Assembly: GCA_973851085.1 (NCBI GenBank)
Contig: OZ316775.1
Span: 9,052,001 to 9,116,000 of the forward strand
Reading direction: 5' to 3'
DNA length: 64,000 nt
Source: Ptychomitrium polyphyllum
Taxonomy: Eukaryota
Under the pieces are notes generated by a model. The model was not told where the DNA came from and made no database searches. It worked only from the letters and a program-made list of their open reading frames with translations. Positions 23,708 through 38,099 of the stretch are shown here, piece by piece (within the stretch, counting starts at the first letter, position 1; every line of letters starts with the position of its first letter). Made by a program: the position numbers and the translations under genes.

Positions 23708-26707
23708 GGTTATTCGATCAACTCGAGCAGGCGCGCGATTCTGTAACTCAATTCGAGCTCGCAGTACCCGCCTCAGCTCCAGAGAGCAGCGACACTTGAT
23801 CTCGCAGTTCAGCAGTTCGAACTGTGGAGCTTGATACTTGATATTGAGTCTAACATCACTGTACCGCTCCGCTGGTTTGTGATCCGCTTGTATGATATGA
23901 ATTATGTGCGGTTTGCAGTGATATGTATACGTGACGAAGAAGAGCGGCTACTTGACTTCAGCTCCACTCATCCCAAAGAGTGAGAATTCATCACGGGCTC
24001 AACTTGGCCCAATCTGGCAGGATCACGCGTGCACATGTAGAGCGTAGAAGAAGTCTTTGCGACACAACGACGACCTTCTCCACTCTTTGTATGGCTACGC
24101 TGCACTGTAGAGCACGCACACGCTGCGTAGCTTCTTCTGGGAAGGCCAACTCCAGGGTGGTTTAACTGACATGCTGCTCATGTCACCCACAGATTACATC
24201 GAGCCGCAGGCTCAGCTAATTGGTGAGCCGTGCATACCTCATTAGTCCACGCGATAACAATTACCAAGGGTACTACTGCACTGCATCTGGACTTCCTTGA
24301 GCGTTGAAGTCAGCCCTTTATATTCTTCAAAATTTCCAAACCCCGACTCTAGGACTCCGCGTTTCTTTAAAGCTGGTGCTATCTGTGGAACCTAGGGCCT
24401 CCTCCATGTACGGTTCTGTGCAGAATACGCTGGTAGTCGCATAAAGCTTACGGTGCAGGGTTCCAGGATTCGGCTCATTGTTGCCAGGTGTCTTAAATAC
24501 CATTTGTTTATTGTTCACAGGGTTAAATATTACAAGAGTAATAAAATCATTTTGATTTGTTAGTATTCCATAGTTACAACTTAATTTTAATTCAGTAGGC
24601 ATGAACATCCATTCAAACATTTTTAATATTTAAATTGTTTTCTATAATCGGTCTCTGGTGTGTGTTGCATATGTATGTTAAAAAAGAAGTTTCATGTCTG
24701 AGTGAATGAAAACAATGTTTCTACAAGAGCAAGAGTGGATGAATGAAATTGTAAGAATGTATATGGATAAGGATGATAGAAGGACCACGTGCTAATTGTA
24801 ATCCAGTTCCATTGACTTCAAGTACATACCAAATCGCAAACACAATTAAAAGCCAGAACTCATCAGTTTTCATAAAAGTCAAATTACAACTCACCAAATC
24901 TCATCCTACATACAAGTTTGTCCAACTATAGCACAAACAAGTTTCCTCAATTCGTGGTAAAGTCCTCCCTGGATTCTTGGATCACCATTCAAAAATCTCA
25001 ACAGTCATCCAAGTTCTTCAATAGTACTTCCATTATCTCTCAGATCACCAAATGTATGCTTTTGCCTCCTATTGCATAAAAACAAACAAGGTTTGCTAAT
25101 CCTAGAGGAACGAAAAGAAGAAAGACATGATTGACTCGACCCTCGTGTGAGAATAGTGCAATCCATTTTTAGAATTATGTATTGCATGCACAAAGAGCAC
25201 CAAGATTCAAAATCCAGCCAATCGAAAAGAGGAAGCCAATTTAGAGGAGCATCAACTGCAATCCTCGGTGACCATCTTGACTGTTCGTAACCAGGGTTGC
25301 TAGTGCGAGTACTTCTTGATTACCTACATATTTCCTGGACACATGTCGAGTGAGGAATCAAGGAGGACCAGCCTCTTCATGCGTACAGGCCAGTTCTACA
25401 GAGACTGGAGTTAAACTTTTCTATGCTGCAGCTAAGCATATGTGTTGTGCTTGGGCTTGTCATGATCCAGGCCCAGCTCGCATGGAAATTCTAGGCATGC
25501 TTTTCCTTGTGGAGCGGTGTGGTTTGTCACATCACTAGGAGGCATACCACACAACCTCACACTTTGAGGAAGGAGGAGCAGAGCAGTGGTTGGGTGCCAT
25601 TTTTTTAACTGACTGTCTTTGTGGAATAATTAGCTGTCTTTGAACAATCACTTCATTCCGATGTAATCCTGTAAGCCCCTGAGAATTTACAATTATAAGT
25701 TACGAGCTATGTTCACAAGCAATTAGGACAGGCTTTCAGGTATCAGTGTTGACCAAAAATAGGAGATATGTACTATAGGAAATCAGTGATGGAGGAACCA
25801 ACGATGTTGGCTTCAATAAACATTGTATGATTCAGTCCTACTCACCTAGAGACAAGTGGTCAGGTTGGATGTTAGCTGACTCACTTCAGGCAACAAGTCA
25901 GCATCTGCACGATTACACCAAACCATCCACAGAAGTTGCACTGTAGATGTGTACGTACCTAAAGTCTGTATACAAACACCTTAGACTTGTCGGTATTATG
26001 CAATTAATCAAGCACACTTTTTGTACCGTAATGCAAAGAGTAGTAAAATCTGATACGTGGCTCACAAGGTTGTAGTTTGACGGTGAGTACTTGCAAGGTG
26101 AGTTAGCATTGTTGGCCTCCAAATGGAGGAGGGAGCACCACCAAAATTAGCAACCTCCTCATACAGGCTGTATTTGCACTATGAAGCCTATGCCATCTCA
26201 GGGGCTCAATGTTCTCAAACGAGCGAGCTTCCGATTTCAGTGTGCAACATAAGGTACAAACTGGTTGTAAAGATAACAGCTACCCGGGTTGGATTGATAA
26301 ACAGTATTTTCATGCATGTGTACTGTACCATCTGTTGCATTGGTAACTTCAGAAAACAAGCATCGGAAAAACTATCGAGATATCCCAATTCCTGGTGAGC
26401 AATCACCACGCAGTCAAATTGACAAAGTGACAACACAATTTCAGTGAATTGACCTCATTCAATTTGCACACAATCCTCAGAATTCTCATCCAGAAGTCAG
26501 CCGTATCTGCAATGTCATGCACAGAAGAACGATCCTGACATGGCCTTACATGGCACGCACAAGTTATGAGAAAAAAATGGTGAAAGTTTGACAGGAAGAG
26601 AAAGACCTTGGGCAAGTTCTATGCTCATGAATGGTATTAACGTCCTAGCTTTACCTGTGAAGAAGAATCATAATCGCAAAGGAGATGGAATGCTAGCGAG
26701 CGGCACT

Positions 26708-28864
26708 CTACAAGCCGCGCTTGGTGAGACCGCAGCCTAGAGTCGGTCTTGGCAACCTCGGAAGCTCATCGACACCCTCAGCAAACACAGTCCCCATACC
26801 CATCTCAAAATGCGGCTCAATGTGGCAATGGAACGGCCATGCGCCAGGATTATCCGCCTTGAACCGAATCGCAACCCATCCGTAAGGAAACACCGCCACC
26901 GTGTTGCGGAATGGCGGATCGACCAAGTTAAAAGTGGCAACATCAGTTGCAGAGTTGAACAATCCTCGTCCATATCCCAGGACCCAAAAATCATGACCAT
27001 GAAGGTGCCAGGGATGAATCTCGCTGTTGTTGGGTGTCAAGGTGTTAGCATTCTGTACAATCACGTCCACGACGCTGCCCTTCTTAAAGATGTAGATTGG
27101 GGATCCCTGCGTTGCATTTTTGAGCGCCGGAGGTGGAGCTGAGAAGACATCGTAATTTGCGACAGGGTAGTTCGGTGGAGGAGTGAGGTCGTATGCGCCT
27201 TTGATGTTGTACTTCAACGCTGCAATGACGGGCGTGGGACGCGGGACGTAGGAGATCCCGTTGAGTGCCCACTTAATGTGCCCATCGACGAGGTTTTGTG
27301 TGGCCAGGATGACCACGGTGCGGTCGGATTTCGTAGGTGGGGTCGGCTCGTAGCCGACCTTGGCGAGGATTTGCTTTGCCTGGGCGATGCTGGCGGCGGT
27401 GTCGTTCCAGAGAGGAGAGACGGGCGGTGCGGTGGTGGGAGGGAGAGGGGTGGAGAGGTACTGCAGGATGGCGAGACCAGTGGGGGTTTTAGGGTTTCGC
27501 CCTCGGACGTTCACCCCCGCCCAGTAGTTCTTTGATGGGTCTTGGTTGGCGGTGAAGATGACGTCGTAGGTGTAGCCGGAGTAGACATCGAGGTTGTTCA
27601 CTTCGAAGGGCTGGATGTACCGTGCATCGGCCATGACCACCGTCATGTTGTGACCCTACAATTGGGAGACATGGCCACAATGTGATCAGGGGAAAGTGGG
27701 TGACTTATGGCAGGGTAATCATTGAAGAGAAATCGAGGGTTTGGAACCGAACCTCAAGGATGAAGTTGAGAGAAGACAACGACGCGACGCTGGCGATGCG
27801 GAGACGGTAGGTTTTTCCAGGAGTGACAGGGATCACATAGGGTTCGCATTTGGGGCTGGTGGCATTGCAAGTCAAGCAGCCAGGAGTTGGGGGCACCGTC
27901 GCAGGGTACAAGGAGCAGTTGTATTTACCGCGCCCTTCGATCAACAAGGACTGAATGCAACAAACAAACGCATGTGTGAGTTATCGTGTTTGCAACGAAG
28001 CAGTGCTGCAGAGGTTATGGTTATTTTTCACAGTGGAGAAGAGTACTGTTGCAAACCTGAGGCTCACCGACGAATCTGAAAGGAAGTAGATTGAGTCCCA
28101 TTTCTTGCTCGTAGATGGACTTATGCCACCAGTCGTTGAGGACGATGCTGAACTCGGCGTCGTATAAGAATGGCTCCATCTTGGAAGGTGGCAGAGATAC
28201 AATAAGTGAGCCAAAGAGGCCTCCTGCTCGCTGCATTCCGAAGTGGCCATGGTAGAAGTAGGTTCCGGCTCTCTCCACCTTGAACCGGTATGTAAAAGTC
28301 TCTCCTGGGTTGATAGGGCACTGGGATACATATGCAGCGCCATCGTAATAGGGTGTCTTTTTCTGCAACAGAGTTATATGCCCGTACAAGATTACATTTC
28401 CGCTTTACAGACCAACACAGCAGCATGCGTATAATGACATCTGATTCAAAGGTGATCAAGTTCCTAAACCTGCCCTGGTGTTCACGTCATGTTGTTGTGG
28501 TTCCTTGACTGATGTTCTGTTAAACAAGTTTTATGAATATATTCTAGATCTAGGTTGTTAAAAGGCTTTTGAGCTAGACGCAGAGTGACGGTGATTAGAT
28601 TCTTACCTGGAGAATGCCATGCCAATGGATCACAATTCCTTCAGTGGGAATGTGATTCCGCAGCGTCACTTCAACTGTATCACCCTCTACAGCATAGATG
28701 GTGGGTGAAGGAAAGTGGCTATTGATTGCAAAGACTAGCTTCTCAACGCAATCTGGAGCTGCATTCAAGTAGTCCACAGTCCAGTCGTACTTCACCACAG
28801 CTGCTTCCGCTTTGACCAACGACAACACTACCACCAGGCATCCAAGACCGAACTTAAGACCCAT
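26708..28864 (-). CDS. AO: L-ascorbate oxidase (multicopper oxidase), copy 2, 4 exons
   Basis: Exons 28864-28607, 28362-28057, 27950-27753 and 27655-26708, all GT-AG and in phase. Motifs HWHGILQ, FYHGHFGMQR, HPWHLHGH and HCHIEPHFEMGM. Confidence 0.95.
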
Positions 28865-31211
28865 GCTAGAGAAATGTCTTATTCAGCCACTTTCGTGCCG
28901 ATTTGAAGCCACTACGCTGTGACAGGAGCGGTGCAGTTCACCGTTCTGTCTTTTCGACTCCAATCTGAAAGGCAAACTACGCTGATCAATGAGGTCCTGC
29001 AAAGAGACCTCTTGAGTGAATGGAACCTGAGAAGCGCAGAGGAGCTGGCTGGGGAGGTCTCGTTTGTAGAAGACGTGGAGAGGTGATAAGTTTGCAGTTT
29101 GTATACTTAGTTCAAAGCTTGAGGGATTGACTGCGGCATGAGTTGCGTAGTCTGAACTTAGAAGCTAGTTAGGTTCTACGGTCATCACGCCGAGTATAGA
29201 AGGTAGGTACTTGGCGGGGGTCCATGCTTCGAGCTGTTACAGTAACAATATGTGTAGAATTTTGCGTTTGCGTGTTTTGTCCTTTTGTTCTTTTAGTTCC
29301 TTTTTAAGACGTATGAAATGTTAATTCAGTAAACCAACAAGCATAGAATACGGTACGATTTGCTGTTGTGTCTTCCCTCGATTGTTTATTCTTTGAAGTA
29401 ACCTTGAACTGTGGCAGTTGATTGTGGTATTCAAAAAAACTCGATTGTCCTAATCTGGAATCCAAGATTGGGTTGGTGTCACCACCTTATATCAGTTGCA
29501 GAACGAATGAATACTGTGTTGCGAGCAGCTTCCCTCTTTATTTTGAACTAGATTGTGAAATCCAAGCAGCCAAGTTCACTGATAATCACCATTAAACTTG
29601 CTAAGAGGAAATAGAAAATTTTCCGTTTCACGAAGCAGCGGTAATCAGAGACTGAATTGTATTGGGGTTTGAGGCGTGAATATTATCCTTGAAATCAGTC
29701 GTTTCCTGATTTCCGGCACTCGTTACATGCCTGTTTGGAGTGTGCTCAATACACGTTGGATTTCTCGTTTCTCAAAATGCAATTTGAAAATTTCAATCTA
29801 AAGGGATGAGAGTGACGTTCGGCAGATGACAAAGCCACTTGTTTACACGTGGTACAGTGGATTATTTTTATATCCTTTTTCCTTAGAGACCTAATAGCAC
29901 TTACTGGTTTCATTACGCTAATAAGGGAAGGTTACCCAACTTTTTGTAAATGTGTTAATATCCAGGATTCCAAACTTTCCATGACGTTCAGCTCAGCCTC
30001 GTACCCCAAAGAACTTCACAACGCTACACTGCCAGGACAAAGTCAAAATAGTCGTATATGCTCTTCACATTTTTTATTTATTTTAATTTATTTTGGAAAG
30101 GTTTATTTCGACTTGTTAGAATTATTCGAAACTCACATCAAAAGTGGAAACTCAAAGCGATTTTGAGAAAAACTAGTTTTCAGCTTCGAAAGTAACAAAA
30201 ATGAACTTAGCCCTTAGTTATCATTGACCACTCACAGCTCTGCAGTATCTGCTGTCTCTGAGGACCTCTAACCATGGACCTCAGAAATGTAAGGGCGTTC
30301 CCCTATTGCTAGCCTGATGAGTAACTTGGATTCTCCCATTCCACACGGTACTGAACTATAAGTGAAATCTAAATCCAACATCCCGTTAGGATCAGTGTGA
30401 TGGTTATCTAACCACTTGCATTTGAATAAATTTCATTGTTTCAAAAATCATAGAACAAATCTTTGCTCTCGATCCAACAGAGTTAATGTTATTTGCAATT
30501 TTCTTAAGGCAATGCTCATCAAAGCCAATAAAAAACATGGGGATTTACAACAGAGAGGCAAAGTAGTTGTTAAAACTTTCTATGTTTCGATCGGAGAGAT
30601 GCGTGATTTTGTCGCTTTTCAGAGCTGTCGGCTGTACGTGGTTCCGGGCTTGCCGCCATGTTGCCTCGGTTTCAGGCTGGAAGCTGCCAACCACGTTCCC
30701 AACGGCGTAGCGGAAGTGCAAAGGGAGGACCTTCGAGCATCGTAGAAGTAGCCTCGCTTTGCTCCGTTCCTGGGCCTTGTCACTCTTCAACCAGGTCTAT
30801 CTGGGGTGCGTTCAGTGGGATCCTCGCATTGTACTCTTGCAGGTGCACTTGCAGCTAGTGGCGGGTCTTCTGAGGTGAGTTTCTAGGTAGGACTCACCCA
30901 GGACAGCTTTGGCTGAATTTTGCTCTCCTGGTTCTTCATGCGTTAGTTACCTTGTATGGCATTGATGTGCAGCATCGTCTCTCACCTAATCATTTCGTTG
31001 CTGCAAGCAATGGGATCCAACTAGTTCTACAATTGTTAGGTTTTGTACCAGTGGGACCGATATCGACGTTGGTTTTGAAGTTAGTAGATTTTTTGCCAGC
31101 CGCGTTTTTCTCTTCCAGCTGAAATAAACATTGTGAATGTTTTGGGATGGTATGGCAGGACGCTCCATTCAGGCTGCTACAACTGTCCTTTCCTAGAGCC
31201 TGACGGTCAGA

Positions 31212-33655
31212 ATGAAGGTACATTTTGGAGACTTTAAGGCGATTAACCTCTTCTCTACTCTTGGAGTCAACTAGTGTAGGAAACCTTTGCTGGCTGGACG
31301 GGGAACCGTTCACCTTCCTTCTAGTTTGCCCATTGCTGCCTTCACCAGTTGGAGCATATTTGAGACTGCGAACCGTTGCTCGGTCCCTGAATGTCCAAGT
31401 CTTTACCCATGCTAGTGTGTTGATAATATGTTAATTCAAGGCAGCTAACTTCAACCGAAAGCACCTTTCTTCCGTGTTTGGTGCTCAACGTGGAGTCTCG
31501 GTAAATCGTTCTTTGAGCACTGTCACTTCACAATGTACCGAATTGCGTGGTTATTTGCGGAGTTTGTGTTTTAGGAATCAGATGCGGAAGAAGCCAAGAC
31601 GAACAAGCTAGAACTTCTGGATGGCAACATACTTGCCGAAGTCGGGCGGAGTCGGAGGCGCAGCCTCGGCAATTCAAAGGCAGGGCGGAGTCTATTTCTG
31701 GGGCTTCTGACTGTGGTATGCATTCTCCTATTTAGTACTCGGCTGCTGTGGAGCTTTACGTCTCTATTCTCTGGTGATGCTTCGAAGCTGGTCTATAGCT
31801 TTACCATCGTGCAAGGAGAACCTGCTCTTAGGTCAACGATTCAGGGTCGACCCAAGCCGGAGGAGACCATCTCGTGGGTGCTACAAAATGTAACTGATGA
31901 CGACGAAAAGGTGGTCGAGTTGGCTCGGAAGGAAGAGGCTGTAAAGCCTCCCTTAGATGATGAAAATGATGATGTGGAGGCTGGTGAAGGAAGGGTAGAT
32001 GACGAGGAGAGATTTAACGATGAGGAGAAGATTGCCGAGGAGAAGGCAAAAGATGAGGACGAGAAGCCTGGAGAGTCTGAAGAGGACGAGAGTCCAGGAG
32101 AAGAAGGGAATGAAGGAAAGAGAATAGTGTCGGACGCCATCACTTACTTGGAACAGCTTTCTCTGAATCTCTTAAACAGAGGTCAGCAACAGATACTGAG
32201 TCTTTGAGGGAAAAAGATTTAGAGAATCTGGCGAAGCTGTAACAAATTTAAAATTATCTTCTGCGGTTTCGAATCGGCTTCACATTCTGAAATCCTAATA
32301 CGATTGTTGGTATTGCAATGTACCAGGTGAACAAGAGGATGATGGACCGTATCATAATCGACGAATCTTCGAGTCAGACTACGCCGAAATGAAGCGCAAC
32401 GTCAAAGTCTTTGTGTACCCATACGACAGCAACGATCCATTTGTCAACGTTTACAAGCCAATCGACAAGGAACCCTCAGGGAACTACGCCAGCGAGGAGT
32501 TCTTCCAACAAGCGCTTCAGCAGAGCGGCTTCGTTACCAAGAACGCATCCAAGGCCAACTTCTTCTTCATGCCAATCTCCATCACCAAGGCGCGCATCGA
32601 CAAACGCATCGACGTTGAAGGCTTGAAAGACTTCTGCGGAAATTACGTCACAAACCTACGAACCCAATGGCACCACTGGAACCGCAGCAGCGGCGCTGAC
32701 CACTTCTACTTGTCGTGCCACTCAATCGCCCGCAGCGCCATGGACAACGTCCCTTACGTGCGAGAAAACGCAATCCAACTACTCTGCCCTTCCAGCTACT
32801 ACCTCTCCAACTACATCACTCACAAGGACGCCTCAGTGCCGCAAGTCTGGCCCCGTCCGCCAGTCGATCCCAAGGAATCCGGCGAGCTCACCCCAAGCGC
32901 AACAAAAGAAAGGTAACCCAAATACTAACTTTCTCAAAGAAAAAGCTACCATTTCCTAAATCCCTCAGCATCGTCGATGCAGGTGCTCTAAAATGTCCAC
33001 TTCCTGGTCAATACCCGTGTGATACTCTAGCTATACCCTGTGAGATTGGTGCGTGTATTTCATGAAGTGGATAATATTACTTCACTGTAAACCTGTCTCG
33101 GCTAGTACGATCACTGGTCTAGACTAGCCCCTGACATTGTGCACCTGCCACTGATTGTGTTGCAGGAATGTCCTAGCGTTCTTCGCAGGTGCCTCGAACT
33201 CTCCGGTCCGGCAAGAGCTGGTGAAGCATTGGTCTAACGACGACAAGATCATGGTGCACCAGGGGCGCGTTCCGTATCCCTATGCGCAAGCCTTGATGAC
33301 CAGCAAGTTCTGCTTGCAAGCGAAAGGCTTCGAGGTGAACACCGCTCGTCTGGGAGACTCAATGTTCTATGGATGCGTCCCGGTGGTGATTGCGAACTAC
33401 TACGATCTACCCTACCAAGACATTCTAGACTGGAAGAAGTTCTCCATTGTGGTCGCTCATGAGGACATTCCTCTGCTCAGGAAGATTCTGGAAGCCGTCA
33501 CCGATGAGCAGTATGTCGAGTACCACAAGCAGGTCATGCTAGCGAGGCGGCATTTCCAGTGGCACACTCCGCCCCAAGATTACGATGCCTTTCATACAGT
33601 TCTGTATGAGCTTTGGAAGCGGAGATACACTGTTAGGCGGTCGGTATCCCAGTAG
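31212..33655 (+). CDS. Exostosin-family glycosyltransferase (CAZy GT47), type II Golgi membrane protein
   Basis: Putative micro-exon ATGAAG|GT at 31212; exon 31575-32180 (TM LFLGLLTVVCILLF plus acidic stem); exon ~32326-32912 (PYHNRRIFESDYAEMKRNVKVFVY, GNYASE, WNRSSGADHFYLSCH); exon ~33167-33655 (LAFFAG, SKFCL..GFEVNTARL, GCVPVVI, YDAFHTVLYELW). The start exon is inferred. Confidence 0.9.
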
Positions 33656-36009
33656 GGTAGTCTCCCATCTGTGATTCATCTAGAAACCACACACTCCCAG
33701 TGTATACGAGGAGTCCATTTGTGAATCTCTTTTAGGAACATAGGAGAAGGATTTTAGAAGCGGATGCTCTCAAAATGGATACCATGTGTAGACGGTGTTT
33801 GTTCGTTTTTGGGTGCTCACTTTGGGTGAGGTCACACATAGGTGTTTGTGTAGTGGTAGTGCCCAGGTTATTCTTTTTATCCTAGTGAAGTAGATTAGAA
33901 TTGGTTGTTATGTAGTAATTTGGTTCTGCTTTCTTTCGTATAGTTAGTTGATGGTATGTATAACCAACTTGAAGTTTTGGAGACCGGTAGTTGTATAGAT
34001 AGATTGGAGTGGCTTGGTGTAAATATGCAATGTGTTGTAACATTATTGGAGTTCTTTAGTACTCCAAGTCATTCTTTTGTATTAGACAATCCAAAAGTGG
34101 TCGATTTTAAAAGAATATTTGATTTTTACATCAACAAGGTGATAAAATTAGATTTAATAGCTACCTTATTTAATTCTAGTCATTTATTTGTAGTCAATGT
34201 AGACAATTTAGTTGGTAATCCAATGATTTTCTTTTTAGTTATAATTTATCCTTTCAACTTTGATTTGAAAATAAATCTCTCTTTAATTTTGGTGGACATA
34301 AAAAAAGGTTATAGAAGGTAAAAGATATTCTTATTCGTATAACTAATTTCTTTGGAATTAATATTTTTAAATATTGTTCTTATTTTTTCTTCTATTACTT
34401 CTTCCAAAGATAAGTGTACATTAGTTGAATTAACAATAGCATGCAAATTTTACAATCTTATGGGAAGTATGGTTTATACTAGAAGCCTTTAGTAAATACA
34501 AATTTTCAACAAAAAACTTTATTTATATCAAAGAAGTATAGAAAATGTGCACAATTAATGAACAACTACTTATGTTTACTTTCTCGGTACTAAGAAATAC
34601 ATTGCAAAATCATATATTCCAAATTACAACCATGCAAGATTTCAAAATTTCCAACAATATTCCAAAATCTTTGTACAAGCTTAGGTTTCAAACAAAATCA
34701 ACTTCAAATTCCTTTGTATCAAATAAAAGCATCTTTTGCAAATTCCTTTTGTTTGGAGGTGGATGATTCAACATTTACAAACAACAAATTATGCAAGTTC
34801 ATTCCAAAGGTGTTTAATTCAAAACCAAACTATAAGTAGCATTCTATCAATTAAATTTTTTAATTTGCAAATTAATCATGTGTAACAAGTAATTAGTACA
34901 TTTGAGATCTTCCAAATTGAAGCTTGTTCCTTCATAATTGTCTCATTTCAATTGCACCAATGCCATTCCCTTGCCTCTTTAAGGCTCCTACATCCAAAAT
35001 ATTGTCACTCAAACTCACAATATTTGCACAACATTTTAACCTTTGTGGCATTTTAAAATTCTTCTTAAAGTGTTTGTAATAATGACCATCTTACTTAAAA
35101 TCTTTGGTATAAAATGCATTATCTATAATTGCTCATGCAAGCTAGTGTACATCATCTTTGTATCTTACACTTTTGTCTACACGCAAATATTGATTGGAAC
35201 TAAAATTCAAAACTCTCACATTTAATTTGAAGCTTCATCACCAAAAATGTCATGCAAACCATTTTTAATTACTACCCACTTTACTACCTAATCTTTCCAT
35301 CACATAACAATGTGGATGCATAATTTATAATAGTTAACTAATCCTTCAAGTTCTAGGCAACAACATTCTAGCTACCAAAATAAAATTTCAATTTAAAATT
35401 TAAACATACAAGTAAGACAAGATATGGCATTCAATGCAATAGATTGAAGTTGATTTTAATTAGTGTAACCCTGATTTATAATTACCTTACACATATAAAG
35501 GTTATGATACATTATTTTTCTATGAAAAAAACGTGAGAATATTTGCCATTGTAAACGTTCATAAAATTTGAGGAATTATGGTCGCAAATATAATAACTTA
35601 TCAAGGTCTATCGTAGGAAATCAAATAGGTACAATGGTGAAATGATGCTCATTGAAAGAAAACATATAGCATCAATCTTATATTGAAGTTTTGAATTTAA
35701 TGTTTTCCTAATTTCTTAATTTGTATGGATTAATTCAAAAAAATTGCTATGCCTTTGAATGCTGATTTCAAAGACAATGTCATTGTAAACTTTAAGATTC
35801 ATTGCTTCTAGTTTCTAAAACACATGCTTCAGTTTCTAAATCATGTGCTTATTATTAAGCGTAAAGATTTTGTGTTCAAAGTGCCTGATATATCTCCCAA
35901 CTTTTTTATGATTGCATGCCTAAGAACAGTGAATAGATTTGAGGTGGTCACTGAATAGGGGTGGAAGTGAGGGAGAAACTGTGTAATGCTGATGCCTGTG
36001 TAGTTCCAG

Positions 36010-36662
36010 AACAATCGCCGAGTTGTAATCCTCGCCACAGAACTTGGTCGCCAGGCACACCGAGTGGACACGAAAAAACATTTCATATGTAACGAAACCC
36101 ACACCAGTCATCGCAGCGTTGAAGTACAATGTCGAAGGCGTCTATAACCTCACTTGGGATAATATATGAGGCACTCTGGACACAAATCTTTAAGCATAAT
36201 GAAAAACACATGATTTAGTACCTCTCTTGTCAAGAATTACGACGTCTTCTCGCCTCCACCAGTCGTGATTCAGAAAGCCACTTGCCGTAGCTCGGTGTAC
36301 ATGTTCAAGACGGGGAGCGTGATTGTCCAAAACGCCCAACCAGAGCGGGATCCATTCCTGGCAGCTCCACAGCCATGACTTCTGGGTACTCAACTATGGC
36401 AGGGCATGGTACAAAACTCTAAGGAGGACGCAGAGAACGTCAACTTGAAGAATCGTCCCATGCGGAAACAGTGATAGTATTTCCTTACGGCTGGGTTGCG
36501 ATCCGATATGTAGCCAGCAACACCAACGCATGGCCATTCCATTGGCACTTTAAGCCTCACTTACAGATCGGCATGGGTACCGTTTTCGCAGAGGGCATCC
36601 ACAAACTTCCCAAGCTTCCGGCTGAAACCTTGGGCTGCAGTCTCACAAGGAGACATCCGTAG
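36010..36662 (+). pseudogene. Ascorbate oxidase 3' fragment, frameshifted
   Basis: Broken frames: RVVILAT..NISYVTKPTPVIAALKYNVEGVYNLT; IHSWQLHSHDFWVL; VFPYGWVAIRYVASNTNAWPFHWHFKPHLQIGMGTVFAEGIHKLPKLPAETLGCSLTRRHP*. The T1 Cys is replaced (HCH to HWH) and the 5' part is absent. Confidence 0.9.
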
Positions 36663-37106
36663 AACGGCAGAAGTTGTCTTTCTGACAAGTTCACAATTTT
36701 CCGGCATCGTAACGGAAGTCCATCGATTAGAATCCGTGATTCCGTGGAGCAACCACATACCAGAACATCAGGACGTTAGTGTCATCCAGAAATATTCTCA
36801 TCATTGCGCAGATAGTATTGTTAGATCATCACGTGAACTCTGACTTTGTATTAGAATACGAAACAAGACAGAATACGTTTAATGTTCCCGGCTTCCGTTC
36901 TGTACCGTGCGCGGAATTTATGACACTCCTACGCAACAGACCTACCCTTACTAACAGCAGGGGTATCAGCTCAAAAAAATTTAGGAGTTAAGAGCTTTCA
37001 TACAGAATATGAAGTGCTTGCAGTTTGTATTCTGATGGATTGAAAAGTTGAATCACATTAACAAGGCTAAATTTCTAGCTGCATGACAAAGCTAGAACTA
37101 CACTAT

Positions 37107-38099
37107 TTACTGGCCAAGCTCAGCTTTCTTCTTTGACCACAACCTGTCAAGAGCACTGTCTGCATCTCCCTGCGAAAACCACAGCCCAATTTTTATGATA
37201 AGGAACGTGCTTCAAATCACCACTCGCTCAACTTAGACGTACAAGAAGATTGACATCCTTAAAGCGCAACCGGCTTATGATATGAAATTAGGATGAACCT
37301 AAAACCCTGCACCTAACCAAATCTTGAATTCTGAAGTGAATCTCTAGCTTTTTCGATGTCATCCAACACACTCCTAAATTCTCGCTAGCTCCATAAAGTA
37401 GAGCCTACACAGATTGAACCGCCTGAGCAAGAAAAGAGATGCAGGAGAGAACGCGATGCTCAGAAAACACTACACCCCTGCCTACGTATTGGAAGTTACT
37501 TAAATTGAAGCGAAACCGGACACATGCCACCACCGTATTAAGCATACAAACATGTGAAAGGTGGAAAAACTAGGTCAGCAGAAGAACGATTATCATACCT
37601 GAGCGCGAACGAAGCCGCACAAGGCAAAGGTAGTAAACTGTCCGGTGTAAACACCGTTCTCATCAACATGACCCACATTGAGCTGGACCGAAGCAACATC
37701 CTTGGAAGTGATCAACCTGTTGGTCGAGGAGCTGCAATCACAAGCAAGAGCCAAGCGAATGATCAGAACTACTCCAAGTCAGCTTTCAGCTAATTGCGGT
37801 AAAGGATAGTTAGCATTTGACGTTTTCGCGAACGATACAGACCAACACAAATGATTACATCCTGAAAACCAAACCACGCATACCATTGAAATTACTTCTC
37901 TAATCCCTTGCAAGTACCCAACCTCTGTCAAGAAGCCTTATATGAGCCAATAAGAACCAAAGCGCACCCTACCACGTCAACGCTCTGTAACCCCAATCAA
38001 ATACCACCCAAGCGACTCAATCCATGAAACTGGGCGTAACATCACGTACCACTTCCTGGGGATGTAGAGATCCACATTGTCGCCCTCTTCGTTCTGCAT
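37107..38099 (-). CDS. RPS21: 40S ribosomal protein S21 (eS21), 3 exons
   Basis: [17 protein letters not shown] / [44 protein letters not shown] / [20 protein letters not shown]. Confidence 0.96.

Noticed and set aside
24840..26620. Small ORFs between the two ascorbate oxidases
   Set aside because: No consistent frame or motif; possibly decayed sequence, but not supportable.
21756..28459. Numerous antisense and alternate-frame ORFs overlapping the ascorbate oxidases
   Set aside because: Shadow ORFs caused by GC-rich codon usage of the real genes.
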